From Candidatus Bathyarchaeota archaeon (GTDB lineage: Archaea > Thermoproteota > Bathyarchaeia > 40CM-2-53-6): DNA of 64,000 nucleotides. The first letter of the stretch is position 1. The number at the start of each line of letters is the position of its first letter. Shown one piece after another: positions 49,750-59,871 of the stretch. The translations under genes were made by a program, and so were the position numbers. Location: the NCBI GenBank assembly GCA_963833125.1, contig CAWHWX010000009.1, positions 56,088-120,087 of the forward strand, in the 5' to 3' direction. A model generated the notes under the pieces. It saw only the letters and a list, made by a program, of their open reading frames with translations. It was not told the DNA's origin and ran no database searches.

Positions 49750-49833
49750 TTACATTTGCTTCATTGGCGCTCCACAACACGAACCAGCAGTACTCGACTC
49801 TTTCCCGCATGACGCACACTTGTACATAGCCAT
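49750..49833 (-). CDS. 27-aa desulforedoxin-like CxxC...CC microprotein (not in ORF track)
   Basis: Perfect GGAGGTGA SD 7 nt before ATG; MAMYKCASCGKESSTAGSCCGAPMKQM*. Confidence 0.7.
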   Translation of the reverse strand: MAMYKCASCGKESSTAGSCCGAPMKQM

Positions 49834-50211
49834 TAGGAACTCACCTCCACACCAAAAGCAAACAGCCTAACATACATAGAAGCCCATCCATCTGTATATT
49901 TGATTTTACCCTCAAGAAAAGTCCATACAATGGCCATATCCCGATCCAAGAGGCTTTCGTCTGCCAGCCCGCAAAACCCCCGTTTTTCCCATACAATGTG
50001 GTTTTCTTCAGCGAACGGAATTCGTTTCGGATTTGTGTAGGGTTGGAACTTGATGTATGCTTGACTGTGAATTTGTTGGTGAACATACTCAATCCACAGA
50101 GGTGTATTCCACCCGTAGACCGCCATGGAGTAAATTCTGGGATGGCTGGCTAGTGAAGCTAAATAACCACAATCCAAGTGGTTGCCTTCTCCTCCAAAGA
50201 GTCGACCTGGC

Positions 50212-51207
50212 ATGAATCCGGTGGAAGTGAAGCAGCTCTCCAAAACATTCGAAACCCGAGAGGGAGGGGTGTTTCGCAAGGTTTCGAAGAAGGTCGTGGC
50301 GGTCGACGCGATAGATTTCAGCGTGCCCAAAGGGGAAATCTTTGGTCTACTCGGCCCTAATGGCGCTGGCAAGACCACTAGCGTCAAGATGCTCTGCACA
50401 CTGATTACGCCCACGTCTGGCGACGCCCTCATCAACAACTTCAGCATCGCCAAAGACCAACAGAAAGTTCGCGAGAACCTAGGAGTAATGCTAACCGGCG
50501 AACGAACATTATACTGGAAGTTGACGGGGCAGGAGAACCTCGAATACTTCGCCGCCCTATACCACATGGATTCCACCTACGCAAAGAAACGAATCCACGA
50601 ACTCCTCGACCTAGTCGGGTTAAGCGAACGCCAAGACACCTTAGTCGAAAATTATTCAACCGGCATGAGGATCCGACTATCATTCTCAAAAGCACTACTA
50701 AATGAGGCACCCGTACTCCTATTCGACGAACCTACCGCGAGTCTAGACCCACAATCCTCCCACCTGATACGAGACATAATCAGGGATCTGAAACGACAAG
50801 GACATGCCATAATCTTAACCACCCACAACATGGAAGAAGCCGACGCATTGAGCGACCGAGTCGCCATAATCGACCACGGAAAAATAGTCGTACTAGGATC
50901 TCCTTCAGAACTGAAACAGAAAGTGAAGAGCTCAGACATAATCGAGATCGAGGCTAGGAATGTGGCTGAGCAGACAGTAAATGGACTTCAATCCTTCAGC
51001 GAAGTATCAAAGGTTGCAATCACATCATCCTCACAGGGAAGTGAAACACAACTACTTCGTGTGCACGTCGAGAAAGGTAAGGAAGTTCTTCCAAGGATTC
51101 TCGAATTTCTCGTCCGTAAGCAGGTCACCATAACAAAGGTCAGCTTCATTGAACCAACCCTTGAGGACGTCTTCATTGCTGAAACCGGCAGGAGTCTAAG
51201 AGACTAA
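50212..51207 (+). CDS. ABC-2 exporter ATP-binding protein (DrrA-like)
   Basis: GPNGAGKTT, YSTGM, LLFDEPT, TTHNMEEA, PTLEDVF. Confidence 0.93.
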   Translation: MNPVEVKQLSKTFETREGGVFRKVSKKVVAVDAIDFSVPKGEIFGLLGPNGAGKTTSVKMLCTLITPTSGDALINNFSIAKDQQKVRENLGVMLTGERTLYWKLTGQENLEYFAALYHMDSTYAKKRIHELLDLVGLSERQDTLVENYSTGMRIRLSFSKALLNEAPVLLFDEPTASLDPQSSHLIRDIIRDLKRQGHAIILTTHNMEEADALSDRVAIIDHGKIVVLGSPSELKQKVKSSDIIEIEARNVAEQTVNGLQSFSEVSKVAITSSSQGSETQLLRVHVEKGKEVLPRILEFLVRKQVTITKVSFIEPTLEDVFIAETGRSLRD

Positions 51208-51208
51208 C

Positions 51209-52048
51209 TTGCCAGCAACCTCAGGTGTCAAGATTCACGTGCAGGCTTTGTCCGCGATTTTTTGGAAGGGACTGAAGCATCACATCAGATACCCAGGTGA
51301 ATTCCTAATCTTCTTGCTGTTGCCTTTCCTTTTCACGTTCCTAATTCTTGGGATGGGAAACGCCGTTGGAGGTACAAACGCGGCCTCATACTTTGCAACT
51401 CGTACTGGTACCACGAATATTGTCATTTACGAAGTCCTTGGTAGCGCGGTTTGGATGACCAGTTGGGTAGTTATAGAAGATGTGGGAGCGGGCATACGAG
51501 ATGAACAGATCAAGGGCACCCTGGAACAGAATTTTCTGGCACCTGTAAACCGTTTCACCTTACTAGTAGGGCTCAGCCTAACGGATATTGTGATCACGTC
51601 AGCCCTTTTCCTTGTCGTCGTCGGCGTTTCCGTTGCAATCGTGATCCCGTCAAGTTTCCTGACAATAGTTCCAGCGTTTCTTACCTTACTACTAGGACTG
51701 ATCCCGTTGTTCGGGATTGGATTTCTTTTTGCGGGGTTTGTGGTACGATTCAAAGAACCTTACATCTTCATACAGATAGCCAACCTCCTATTCGCCACCT
51801 TAACGGGAACATATTACCCGGTAACCTTTCTACCCTATTGGGTTCAATTCCTCTCAGGCGTACTACCTCAAACCTATGTGATCGACGACATGCGTCGAAT
51901 CGTCATTGCGAATCAAACATTAGTGAACCTGTACGGAAGCCTCTTCATCCTTCTAACCCTAGCTCTCGCCTACCCACTGATTGGTTACGCTGTGTTCAGG
52001 AAGATTGAGAAAAGGGCGGCTGTGACTGGTGAATTCTCGAAATACTAG
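51209..52048 (+). CDS. ABC-2 type permease
   Basis: EQIKGTLEQNFLAP, GTYYPVTFLP, six TM. Confidence 0.88.
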   Translation: MPATSGVKIHVQALSAIFWKGLKHHIRYPGEFLIFLLLPFLFTFLILGMGNAVGGTNAASYFATRTGTTNIVIYEVLGSAVWMTSWVVIEDVGAGIRDEQIKGTLEQNFLAPVNRFTLLVGLSLTDIVITSALFLVVVGVSVAIVIPSSFLTIVPAFLTLLLGLIPLFGIGFLFAGFVVRFKEPYIFIQIANLLFATLTGTYYPVTFLPYWVQFLSGVLPQTYVIDDMRRIVIANQTLVNLYGSLFILLTLALAYPLIGYAVFRKIEKRAAVTGEFSKY

Positions 52049-52872
52049 CTACTCTCTTAGGTTATTTGAGGAATTCAAAGCCTCCTTCCTCAAAGACCTC
52101 CGGTCCTACATTCGATATCCAGCGTGGCTCATAGGAGAATTCGTCAGTACCCCGCTCTGGTTCTTCTTTTTTGCTCTAGGTGTAACTCTCTTCGCGCCGA
52201 TCGCGCTCAACCGCGTCCAATGTCCCCGGCGGTGGCTCTGGAATGGCTTACTTCTTTTTCGGGTTTATTTTCATCATACTGTTCAGCACCTCGGTCTGGG
52301 GAGTTGGTCAGAGTGTCAGAAACGAGCAAACATCTGGAACGTTGGAACAGTTCTTCCTCGCCCCCGCCAACCGAGCCACGCTGATCTTGGGTCGGTGGGC
52401 TAGAATATTCTTGACCGATTCACTCATCATCGGCTACACAACTTTGATACTTTATCTGCTCGGCGGGATCGCCATCAGCGTTCTCAACCCTCTGCTCTTT
52501 CTCGTCTCTCTGGCGCTTTATGAGGTCAGTTTGATTGGTTTCGGGCTTTTCATGGCGGGTTTGACTATGCGAATCAAGGCTTTCAACTCGGTTGGAAACT
52601 TGATTTTCTTCGGCTACATGATTCTTACAGGCGCACTCTTCCCGATCACTGTCCTCCCTACTCCAGTTCGCTATTTTTCGATGGTGATTCCATTCACGTA
52701 CCTAAACGACGTGATGAGACACGCAGCGTTGGGCACACCTACCATACTCCCCTTAACCTTAGAATATGCCGCAGCAGTCGTGTCGTCGCTGTTCATGATG
52801 GTATTCGGTTTCGTTTCGTTCAATAGGATAGAACAAGACGCTAGGGTCAAGGGCAGTATCGCCTCCAGCTAG
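52029..52872 (+). CDS. ABC-2 type permease (frameshift near 52215)
   Basis: KDLRSYIRYP joins EQTSGTLEQFFLAP, GALFPITVLP. Confidence 0.85.
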
Positions 52873-52902
52873 CCGTAAGACACTCTCACTCTGGTTGTTA
52901 GC

Positions 52903-53877
52903 TTGGAGTTCAAGGAGCTCGGCAAATCAGGAATCAAAATCTCCGCGATCGGACTCGGCACCTGGCAGTGGGGAAGCCGCGAATGGGGATGGAATCGAAG
53001 CTATGGGAAAAAGGAGGTGCTCGAGGCATTTCAAAAGGCTATCGAAGTCGGCATCAATTTCATAGACACAGCTGAAATTTATGGAAGAGGAAAATCCGAG
53101 CAACTGATCGGCGAAGCGATCAAGGGATACCGTGACGAAGTCGTCATAGCCACGAAAGTATGGCCCTGGAACTTAACGGCCGGCAGAATCATTCGAGCCG
53201 CGGATCGAAGTGCAAAAAGGCTGGGTGTTGACGTAATCGACCTTTATCAGATCCACTGGCCAAACCCGCTCTTTCCAATTCGCAACACAATGGCAACCAT
53301 GAAGAAACTGGTACATCTGGGGAAGGTACGATGCGTCGGGGTTAGCAACTTCAACTTAACGAAAACAAAGGCGGCTCAGAAAGCTCTGTCTCCGCTAGAA
53401 TTGGCGTCAGACCAAGTCAAATACAACTTGCTCGACAGAAAAATTGAGGACGACCTGCTCCCTTACGCTCAGAGCTCGAATGTTACAATTATCGCATACA
53501 GCCCTTTGGCTCACTCCTTGTTAACAAGTAGGTACACGCCTGAGACCAAGCCAACGAGCCTAGTCCAAGCGGCCAACCCGAGATTCTCATCCAGAAACTT
53601 GGCTAGAATGGCTAACTTGCAGCAACTACTCTCATCAATCGCGAGTGAACGCAACAAAACGGTTTCGCAAGTCGCATTGAACTGGTTGATAAGCAAACCG
53701 AACGTCGTCGCCATACCCGGATCCAAACGACCGGAGCATGTTACTGATAGTGCTCGAGTTGTTGAATGGCGGCTCACCGAAAACGATGTCAAGAGATTGG
53801 AGTTGGCCGTGTCGGGAATAAAGTTCGATAAGCTGAGCGGAATCCCAAACATTCTCAGAGCCATAACGCATCTCTGA
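52903..53877 (+). CDS. aldo/keto reductase
   Basis: IGLGTWQWG, IDTAEIYG, IATK, DLYQIHWP, GVSNF, IAYSPL, AIPG. Confidence 0.93.
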   Translation: MEFKELGKSGIKISAIGLGTWQWGSREWGWNRSYGKKEVLEAFQKAIEVGINFIDTAEIYGRGKSEQLIGEAIKGYRDEVVIATKVWPWNLTAGRIIRAADRSAKRLGVDVIDLYQIHWPNPLFPIRNTMATMKKLVHLGKVRCVGVSNFNLTKTKAAQKALSPLELASDQVKYNLLDRKIEDDLLPYAQSSNVTIIAYSPLAHSLLTSRYTPETKPTSLVQAANPRFSSRNLARMANLQQLLSSIASERNKTVSQVALNWLISKPNVVAIPGSKRPEHVTDSARVVEWRLTENDVKRLELAVSGIKFDKLSGIPNILRAITHL

Positions 53878-53957
53878 CCGGGAAATGTGGTAGTTGGGGG
53901 CTCTAGAAACTTTAAGCGAAGGTTACTGTAAGTAGGCCTGCTTCAAGGCGCGTATAG

Positions 53958-54998
53958 TTGGTTGCTACGCTTCGGCTAGGGTATTGGGCTGCGCAAGAAC
54001 AATACGACCCTCAACGCCTGCTCCAATATGCTATGCACGCCGAGGTCGTAGGATTCGATATCATAGTTACCAGCGACCATTTTCACCCATGGGGTGACAC
54101 TGGTGGGCAAGCTGGATTTCCTTGGATATGGCTTGCGTCCGCAGCGGAAAAGACTAGAAAAGTGGAAGTTGGAACAGCGGTCACAACTCCCCTCTTCCGT
54201 TACCATCCCGCGATAGTGGCACAGGGGTTCGCAACGCTCGATAACCTCTACCCCGGACGAATCTTCGTAACACTCGGCACCGGGCACTCGATGAATGAAA
54301 CACCGCTCGGATTCAAGTGGCCCGGTTTCGAGGAGAAGGTCGTGCGGTTACAGGAGGCGGTTGAGATTATACAGAAATTATGGGCAGGTGATTTTGTCAC
54401 TTACGAAGGGAAATACTATCACCTCAACAAAGCGAAACTGTACACAAAACCGAAAACCAAGATCCCCGTCTACCTAGCCACCTCCAACGAAAGGATAGCC
54501 CGCATGGCAGGACAGTTCTGTGACGGCATCCTAACCAACCCTAGGGGGCTTGACAGATTCAGAAAGATTGTAAACGCGATGGAGAAGGCAGCGACAAAGA
54601 TGGGGCGGGATCCGTCGAAGCTTAGCAAGAGCATGGAATTCAAAGTGGCATACGACATAGACTATAATCGAGCACTCAAATCAGCCATGTTCTGGGCCAC
54701 AACCGCGATACCAAGAGAAAAGCGCGAGAATGTTTGGGACCCAAGAGAACTAGAAGCCCTGGTTGGACCCGAAGAGGAGAAGAAGATCAAAGAATCCTGG
54801 CTCATCACAACCGACTCAGACGACATAATCAAACGCCTCGGAGAATTCCTCAAAATGGGCTTCGACAGAGTATACATCCACAGCGCAAGCCCCATCGAAG
54901 AACGATTCCTCAACCTTCTGGGACGCGAGATACTTCCGTGGATGCGCGAATACTACGAAAGCCTCTTCCAACCTGTTCGCACCGTAGCCGTTGAATAA
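53958..54998 (+). CDS. F420-dependent LLM-class oxidoreductase, G6PDH (Fgd-like) family
   Basis: GYWAAQEQY, SDHFHPW, GTAVTTP..RYHPAIVAQ.FATL, GTG..MNE. Confidence 0.85.
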   Translation: MVATLRLGYWAAQEQYDPQRLLQYAMHAEVVGFDIIVTSDHFHPWGDTGGQAGFPWIWLASAAEKTRKVEVGTAVTTPLFRYHPAIVAQGFATLDNLYPGRIFVTLGTGHSMNETPLGFKWPGFEEKVVRLQEAVEIIQKLWAGDFVTYEGKYYHLNKAKLYTKPKTKIPVYLATSNERIARMAGQFCDGILTNPRGLDRFRKIVNAMEKAATKMGRDPSKLSKSMEFKVAYDIDYNRALKSAMFWATTAIPREKRENVWDPRELEALVGPEEEKKIKESWLITTDSDDIIKRLGEFLKMGFDRVYIHSASPIEERFLNLLGREILPWMREYYESLFQPVRTVAVE

Positions 54999-55067
54999 TC
55001 ACCTCTAGTCCTCTCCATAAAGAAACCCCAATATTCCACGAATCCTACTGTGGCCACTTGAATATTC

Positions 55068-55355
55068 ATGTCGAATGCGGATGATATTGGATTTAGTCCG
55101 TTAGATGAGCTTGATCGTAGTGAAGCTCGCGTTGTTGTCAAATTGGAGTTTCGACGGTTTCGCAAACCCGTGACGATAATACAGGGCCTACCTAGCACGC
55201 GCCTTGCGGACATCGCTCGTGAGCTTAAGCGGAAGTTCGGTGCGGGCGGAACGACGAAGGGGAATGAGCTTTTGCTTCAGGGAGATCATCGGAATCATGT
55301 CAAAGACGAGTTGGTCAAACTGGGGTTTCCAGCAGATCACATCGACATGATCTAA
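55068..55355 (+). CDS. sui1: translation initiation factor SUI1/aIF1 homolog
   Basis: RRFRKPVTIIQGL, LKRKFGAGGT.K, LQGDHR. Confidence 0.88.
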   Translation: MSNADDIGFSPLDELDRSEARVVVKLEFRRFRKPVTIIQGLPSTRLADIARELKRKFGAGGTTKGNELLLQGDHRNHVKDELVKLGFPADHIDMI

Positions 55356-55368
55356 GCGTTGGGTTTAC

Positions 55369-56539
55369 TCAGGATGTTACCGAGTGGTGCCATCGGAGTA
55401 TGTACTCAGGCAATCTAAGTCCACGTTCTCCAACTTTCTCGACAAGGTAGATTGGCAGTGGACTAAGTGCGAACGCGGTTTTGATGTAGAAGCTGTTCGG
55501 TTTCCCTTCAACACCGTTGCCTTTTATCGTGAAAGATAGATCGGATGTTGCGGCAATGGTGCTGTCCGGGTTCCCGACAATTGAGGCGACGGTGGCTCCC
55601 ATGCGCTTGAAGTTTTTGCACCAGCCTGCGACAATCTCCGTCTCTCCGCTGTTCGAGATGACTAGTAATATGTCGCCTGCCCGCGGCGCAGGTGTGTTTG
55701 ATTCTCCGGCAACGTAGATCTGGTCGCCCATGGCTCGTTTAACATGCCCAATCCGCACAGCCGTCATACGTGCCACTTCTCGGCCGCTGCCCAAACCCAC
55801 GAAGAAACATGAACGTCTCTGCTCAAGCGTGTCAACCAGCGACTTGAAGAAATCCGAGGCGACCATCTGATCCACCACCGATCCTATTTCGGTGAAGAGT
55901 TGCTTGGACCGCGCGATGACTGTATCAGCAGAGGCTTCCTCGTTTAGAGCCTCAGCGATTGCTTGAAAGAGCACTCCCGTCCCGAGAATGAACAGGTCTT
56001 CGAGTATTCCTGCAGTTCGAAATTCCTTGGATTCCGTGGGAGCCTCATCAGGTTCGCGGCCCTTCAGCATTAGGACGTTACCGTACTTTGTCCCAAGCTT
56101 TCCTATTGGCGAGTCCCTTTCCGACGTTAACACGTCTATCCGAAAATCTCGAGGGTTGCCATGCTGAGCGATGTACATTGCCATTTGTTGAGCGTCCAAA
56201 AGGGGCATCATAGATTTCCCGCTGCCCGAATTTATCAACAGGCACACCTCCCCGAATCTCTGTTTCAAAATGGGAGCCGCTTCTATCATAGTTCTCCCTG
56301 GGAAGCCGATGTCCCCTCTATCCAGAACTAGCTTACCCGCGACTCATCTTAGCCATTTCACTGCATGCAATGCTAAGCGCGCCTTTCGAGCGCCCCTCTC
56401 CGGAAGGTAGAATCACGCCGGCGCCCATGATATCATGATATAGCGCCTCAATTTCGGCGCGGTTGGCTTGTTCAAGGTTTTGGAAGATCCGGTTTACGAA
56501 GGTCATGCTGCTGATTTCTGAGGGCAATTGACTCATCAT
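55369..56539 (-). CDS. tandem SIS-domain protein (hexulose-6-phosphate isomerase-like; frameshift near 56335)
   Basis: SGEGRSKGA and INSGSGKS in the first domain; GLGSGREVA and VISNSGET in the second. Confidence 0.75.
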
Positions 56540-56767
56540 GGCGCGACGAAGCGTCGTTTCACTCCTGATGTGACTCTCAAATATGTGGTTTGGCATGCCT
56601 ATCCGAAGAAGAAAAACCCATGCGTTTCTGGCACGAAAATAGGCTTCTAAGGCGAATATAATGTAACTACTTGACGAGAGAACATTCTTTCTTTTCCAAG
56701 GACGGGAACTACTCTGACCTCTTAAGTATAATCAATTTCAGACTCGCATTTTGAGGTACGTCTGAAC

Positions 56768-57322
56768 TTGGCGCAGTCGCAAGGGCTTAACGCACAGACG
56801 ACCTCGACTGATCAATGGGAATCACACATCAAAGAATTACTGACTGCCGCTTCACCCACATTCAAGGTCGCATTGGTTGGCGTTGGGCATCCTTTGCGCG
56901 GCGACGACTACGTCGGAAGCTACATAATGAAAGGAATCATCAAGGCGAGTGGCAAAACGCCGTCCAAGAGCGTCCACCTCGTTGATGCTGAAGATAAGGT
57001 GGAACGTGCCATCACTAAACTCTCAAGGATCGGCCTGAAGCAGGTGACATTTATCGATGCGTGCGAAATGGGAGCTAGACCTGGCGAAACGAAGTTACTG
57101 CCAGTGGATGAAACCATATACCCATTCTTCTCAACTCACGGAATCCCTTTGAAAGTCCTAGCGGAACAATTACTCATGGAATGCAAAGTGTGGGTTCTCG
57201 CGATTCAGCCAAAGGAAACTGAGTTTGGCGAAGTCCTCTCGCCCGAACTTCGGGATACGGCAAACCGCATTTCGAAGTTTATTGTGTCGAGCCTAGCGAA
57301 GGAGTGCATGGACATTGTTTGA
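56768..57322 (+). CDS. hycI: hydrogenase maturation protease (HycI-like)
   Basis: VGVGHPLRGDDYVG, FIDACEMG..PG, STHGIPL, AIQP..EFGE.LSP. Confidence 0.88.
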   Translation: MAQSQGLNAQTTSTDQWESHIKELLTAASPTFKVALVGVGHPLRGDDYVGSYIMKGIIKASGKTPSKSVHLVDAEDKVERAITKLSRIGLKQVTFIDACEMGARPGETKLLPVDETIYPFFSTHGIPLKVLAEQLLMECKVWVLAIQPKETEFGEVLSPELRDTANRISKFIVSSLAKECMDIV

Positions 57323-57737
57323 GCGATTAATCAAGTGGGCAAGGACGGCGTTCCCCGTGGGTTTACCACATAAATGCCTCCTCCTGCAACGGATGCGACA
57401 TAGAGCTCGTCGCGAGCCTTACGCCCCGCTATGATATTGAAAGATTCGGAGCGATTCTAGCTCCGAGCCCCGACACGCCGACGTCCTAATAGTAACCGGA
57501 ACGGTTAACGCCCAAACAAAAGACCGGCTGAAACGGGTCTATGATCAGGTGCCAGAACCGAAGCACGTGATAGCTCTTGGTGCCTGCACGGTATCCGGCG
57601 GCGTATTCAAGGGATGCTACAACGCCGGACAGGGAATAGAGGACGTCATACCCGTTGACATGTTCATCCCAGGCTGCCCACCGCGACCTGAAGCCATCAT
57701 GTACGGCGTCCTGAAACTGCTGGGGGAAGTAAAATGA
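57315..57737 (+). CDS. group 4 [NiFe]-hydrogenase small subunit (NuoB/MbhJ-like; two indels)
   Basis: SPWVYH..SCNGCDIE, RYDIERFG, SP(R)HADVLIVTG, EPK.VIALGAC..SGG, IPGCPPRPEAI. Confidence 0.88.
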
Positions 57738-58216
57738 GCGAAAACTTGCTTGAACAACTCCAAACTTACGCATCACAATCGAACAGCAAAGTCTCGGTCC
57801 CACGGAAAGACGAGACTTTCATTGACGTCGATCAAGACCACATTAAGGACTTCATCTCTCACCTAATCAACGACCTCAGAATACTACACCTCATAACAAT
57901 AACGGGCCTAGACCTAGGCGTCAACATAGGAATCCTCTATCACTTCTCGCAAGACAAGGATACGATCCACGTTAGGAGCACCGTGCCAAAGGCTCAGTCA
58001 ACTGCCGTTTCAATCGTCGACATTATCCCCGGCGCGATTTTGTACGAGATGGAAATTCACGACCTGTTTGGAGTCACATTTACAGGAAACCCGTGGATAA
58101 ACCAGAAACTCCTCTTACCAGACAACTGGCCCGACGACCTACCTCCTCCTCTTCTAAAAACTACCAAGCCAGCGGAGATCCGAAAACGACTACACTTGGA
58201 AGTTGAAAAGAAATGA
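57734..58216 (+). CDS. NuoC-like hydrogenase subunit
   Basis: HLITITGLD, LYHF, SIVDIIPGAILYEMEIHDLFGVTFTGNP, LLPDNWP..PPL. Confidence 0.88.
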   Translation: MSENLLEQLQTYASQSNSKVSVPRKDETFIDVDQDHIKDFISHLINDLRILHLITITGLDLGVNIGILYHFSQDKDTIHVRSTVPKAQSTAVSIVDIIPGAILYEMEIHDLFGVTFTGNPWINQKLLLPDNWPDDLPPPLLKTTKPAEIRKRLHLEVEKK

Positions 58217-59481
58217 GCGATGAATCGAAAGTTAGAGAAGAATCCGCAGGATTAATGGAGTATTCAGTCGAGAACCTCGTCCCGTTCGGACCTATACACC
58301 CGGCGCTGAAGGAACCAGAGTACTTCAAACTCATCCTTGAAGGAGAGAAGATCGTACAGGTCATCCCTAGGATCGGATACGTGCACAGAGGCCTCGAGAA
58401 AGCCGCAGAGTCACGCCCCTGGGTGCAGAACATGTACATGTTCGAACGTACTTGCGGAATCTGCAGCTTCGTTCACAGCCTCTGCTATGGCCAAGCCGTA
58501 GAAGGCCTGACTATCTATGAAGTTCCTAGACGAGCGAAGTACATTCGCCTAATCATATCCGAGCTGGAGAGAATCCACAGCCACCTGCTCTGGGTTGGGT
58601 TGATGGGACACTGGGCCGGATTCGAAACCCTGTTCATGTGGGTTTGGAACGATCGAGAAGTCATACTAGACCTAGTTGAAGCGATTTCCGGTAATCGAGT
58701 TCACAAATCAATGAACGCGTTCTGCGGCGTAAGGCGTGACATGCCAGAGAATATGGAAGATCGAATCGTTGAACGTATGAAATTCATTACCGACAGAGCC
58801 CACTACTACCGAGAGATAATCGACACCGAAGAAACAATGTTAGCGCGGACTGAAAAGGTTGGCAACAAGATAAATCAAGAAACAGCTGAGAAACTCTGCG
58901 CCGTCGGCCCAATGGCAAGATACGTTGGGCTACGGCAGGACGTTCGACTGAACGACCCTTACGCAGCGTACGATGAAGTTCCTTTCGACATCGTAACCCG
59001 CACCGAAGGCGACGTCCGCGCTCTACTACGTCTCCGCCTAGACGAATTAATTGTTTCAGCGAACATGATCAGCTACGCCGTCAAAAACATTCCCGAGGGA
59101 CCGATTAGAGTTAAGATTGCACCGATCATTCCAGCAGGTGAGCATTCATCTCACTGTGAAGCACCTCGGGGCGAGATATTCTACTACGTAAAGTCAACGG
59201 GTGGTAGAACACCGGATCGCGTCAAGTCAAGACAACCAACCATGGCCAACATTCCAACCGCGCTTGAACTCCTAAAGGGACAAACACTCGCGGACGTGCC
59301 AATGGTCCTCACAGCAATCGACCCATGCTTTGGCTGCATGGACCGAATGTCATTCCTTGAAACTGATTCGGGGAAGCAGTGGACATGGTCAGGCGAGCAA
59401 CTTCGTCAGTATGGTATCAAGCACTACTTCCCAGACAGATTCAACTCTTCAAGCCACTCAAAGTTCAAGGAGGCCCATTAA
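58213..59481 (+). CDS. group 4 [NiFe]-hydrogenase large subunit with C-terminal extension
   Basis: GPIHPALKEP, GYVHRGLEK, L1 RTCGICSFVH, EAPRGE, L2 DPCFGCMDR followed by about 44 aa. Confidence 0.93.
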   Translation: MSDESKVREESAGLMEYSVENLVPFGPIHPALKEPEYFKLILEGEKIVQVIPRIGYVHRGLEKAAESRPWVQNMYMFERTCGICSFVHSLCYGQAVEGLTIYEVPRRAKYIRLIISELERIHSHLLWVGLMGHWAGFETLFMWVWNDREVILDLVEAISGNRVHKSMNAFCGVRRDMPENMEDRIVERMKFITDRAHYYREIIDTEETMLARTEKVGNKINQETAEKLCAVGPMARYVGLRQDVRLNDPYAAYDEVPFDIVTRTEGDVRALLRLRLDELIVSANMISYAVKNIPEGPIRVKIAPIIPAGEHSSHCEAPRGEIFYYVKSTGGRTPDRVKSRQPTMANIPTALELLKGQTLADVPMVLTAIDPCFGCMDRMSFLETDSGKQWTWSGEQLRQYGIKHYFPDRFNSSSHSKFKEAH

Positions 59482-59871
59482 TTGCCGCATAGAAAGGTAG
59501 GCTCAGCTATACCTGAAATGTTCCGGCTGATGCTCGAGAAACCAACAACCGAAGCTTACCCCTACAAACCAATTCAATTACCGGACCGTTTCCGAGGCAA
59601 ACTCGACATCGACCCCGAGAAGTGCACTGGCTGCCAAGTTTGCGCAGTCGTGTGCCCAGCAGGGGTTATCACGATGATTGACAAGGGCACCAGAAAAGTA
59701 GGAGACAGAGAACTACCAGTCAAGCGCCCCCTCTTCGACCTATCAACCTGCATCTTCTGCGGCGAATGCGTTGACAATTGCGCCTTCAAAGCCTTAGAAA
59801 TGACCAAACAATTCGAACTCGCCACACCAAACAAGGCCGACCTCATCATGAGTAAGGCAGTCGAAAATTGA
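59482..59871 (+). CDS. NuoI-like 2x[4Fe-4S] subunit
   Basis: RFRG, CTGCQVCAVVCP, CIFCGECVDNC. Confidence 0.92.
   Translation: MPHRKVGSAIPEMFRLMLEKPTTEAYPYKPIQLPDRFRGKLDIDPEKCTGCQVCAVVCPAGVITMIDKGTRKVGDRELPVKRPLFDLSTCIFCGECVDNCAFKALEMTKQFELATPNKADLIMSKAVEN

Noticed and set aside
49833-50576. 247-aa minus-strand ORF whose stop overlaps the microprotein start (TAATG), and a CCATACAATG direct repeat at 49923/49989
   Set aside because: About half is antisense to the ABC ATPase and the rest has no recognisable motif; the 10-bp repeat alone is weak evidence
56701-56730. ACTCTGACCTCTTAAG resembling an archaeal 23S rRNA segment
   Set aside because: Match is only about 16 nt and coincides with the likely TATA box of the hydrogenase operon
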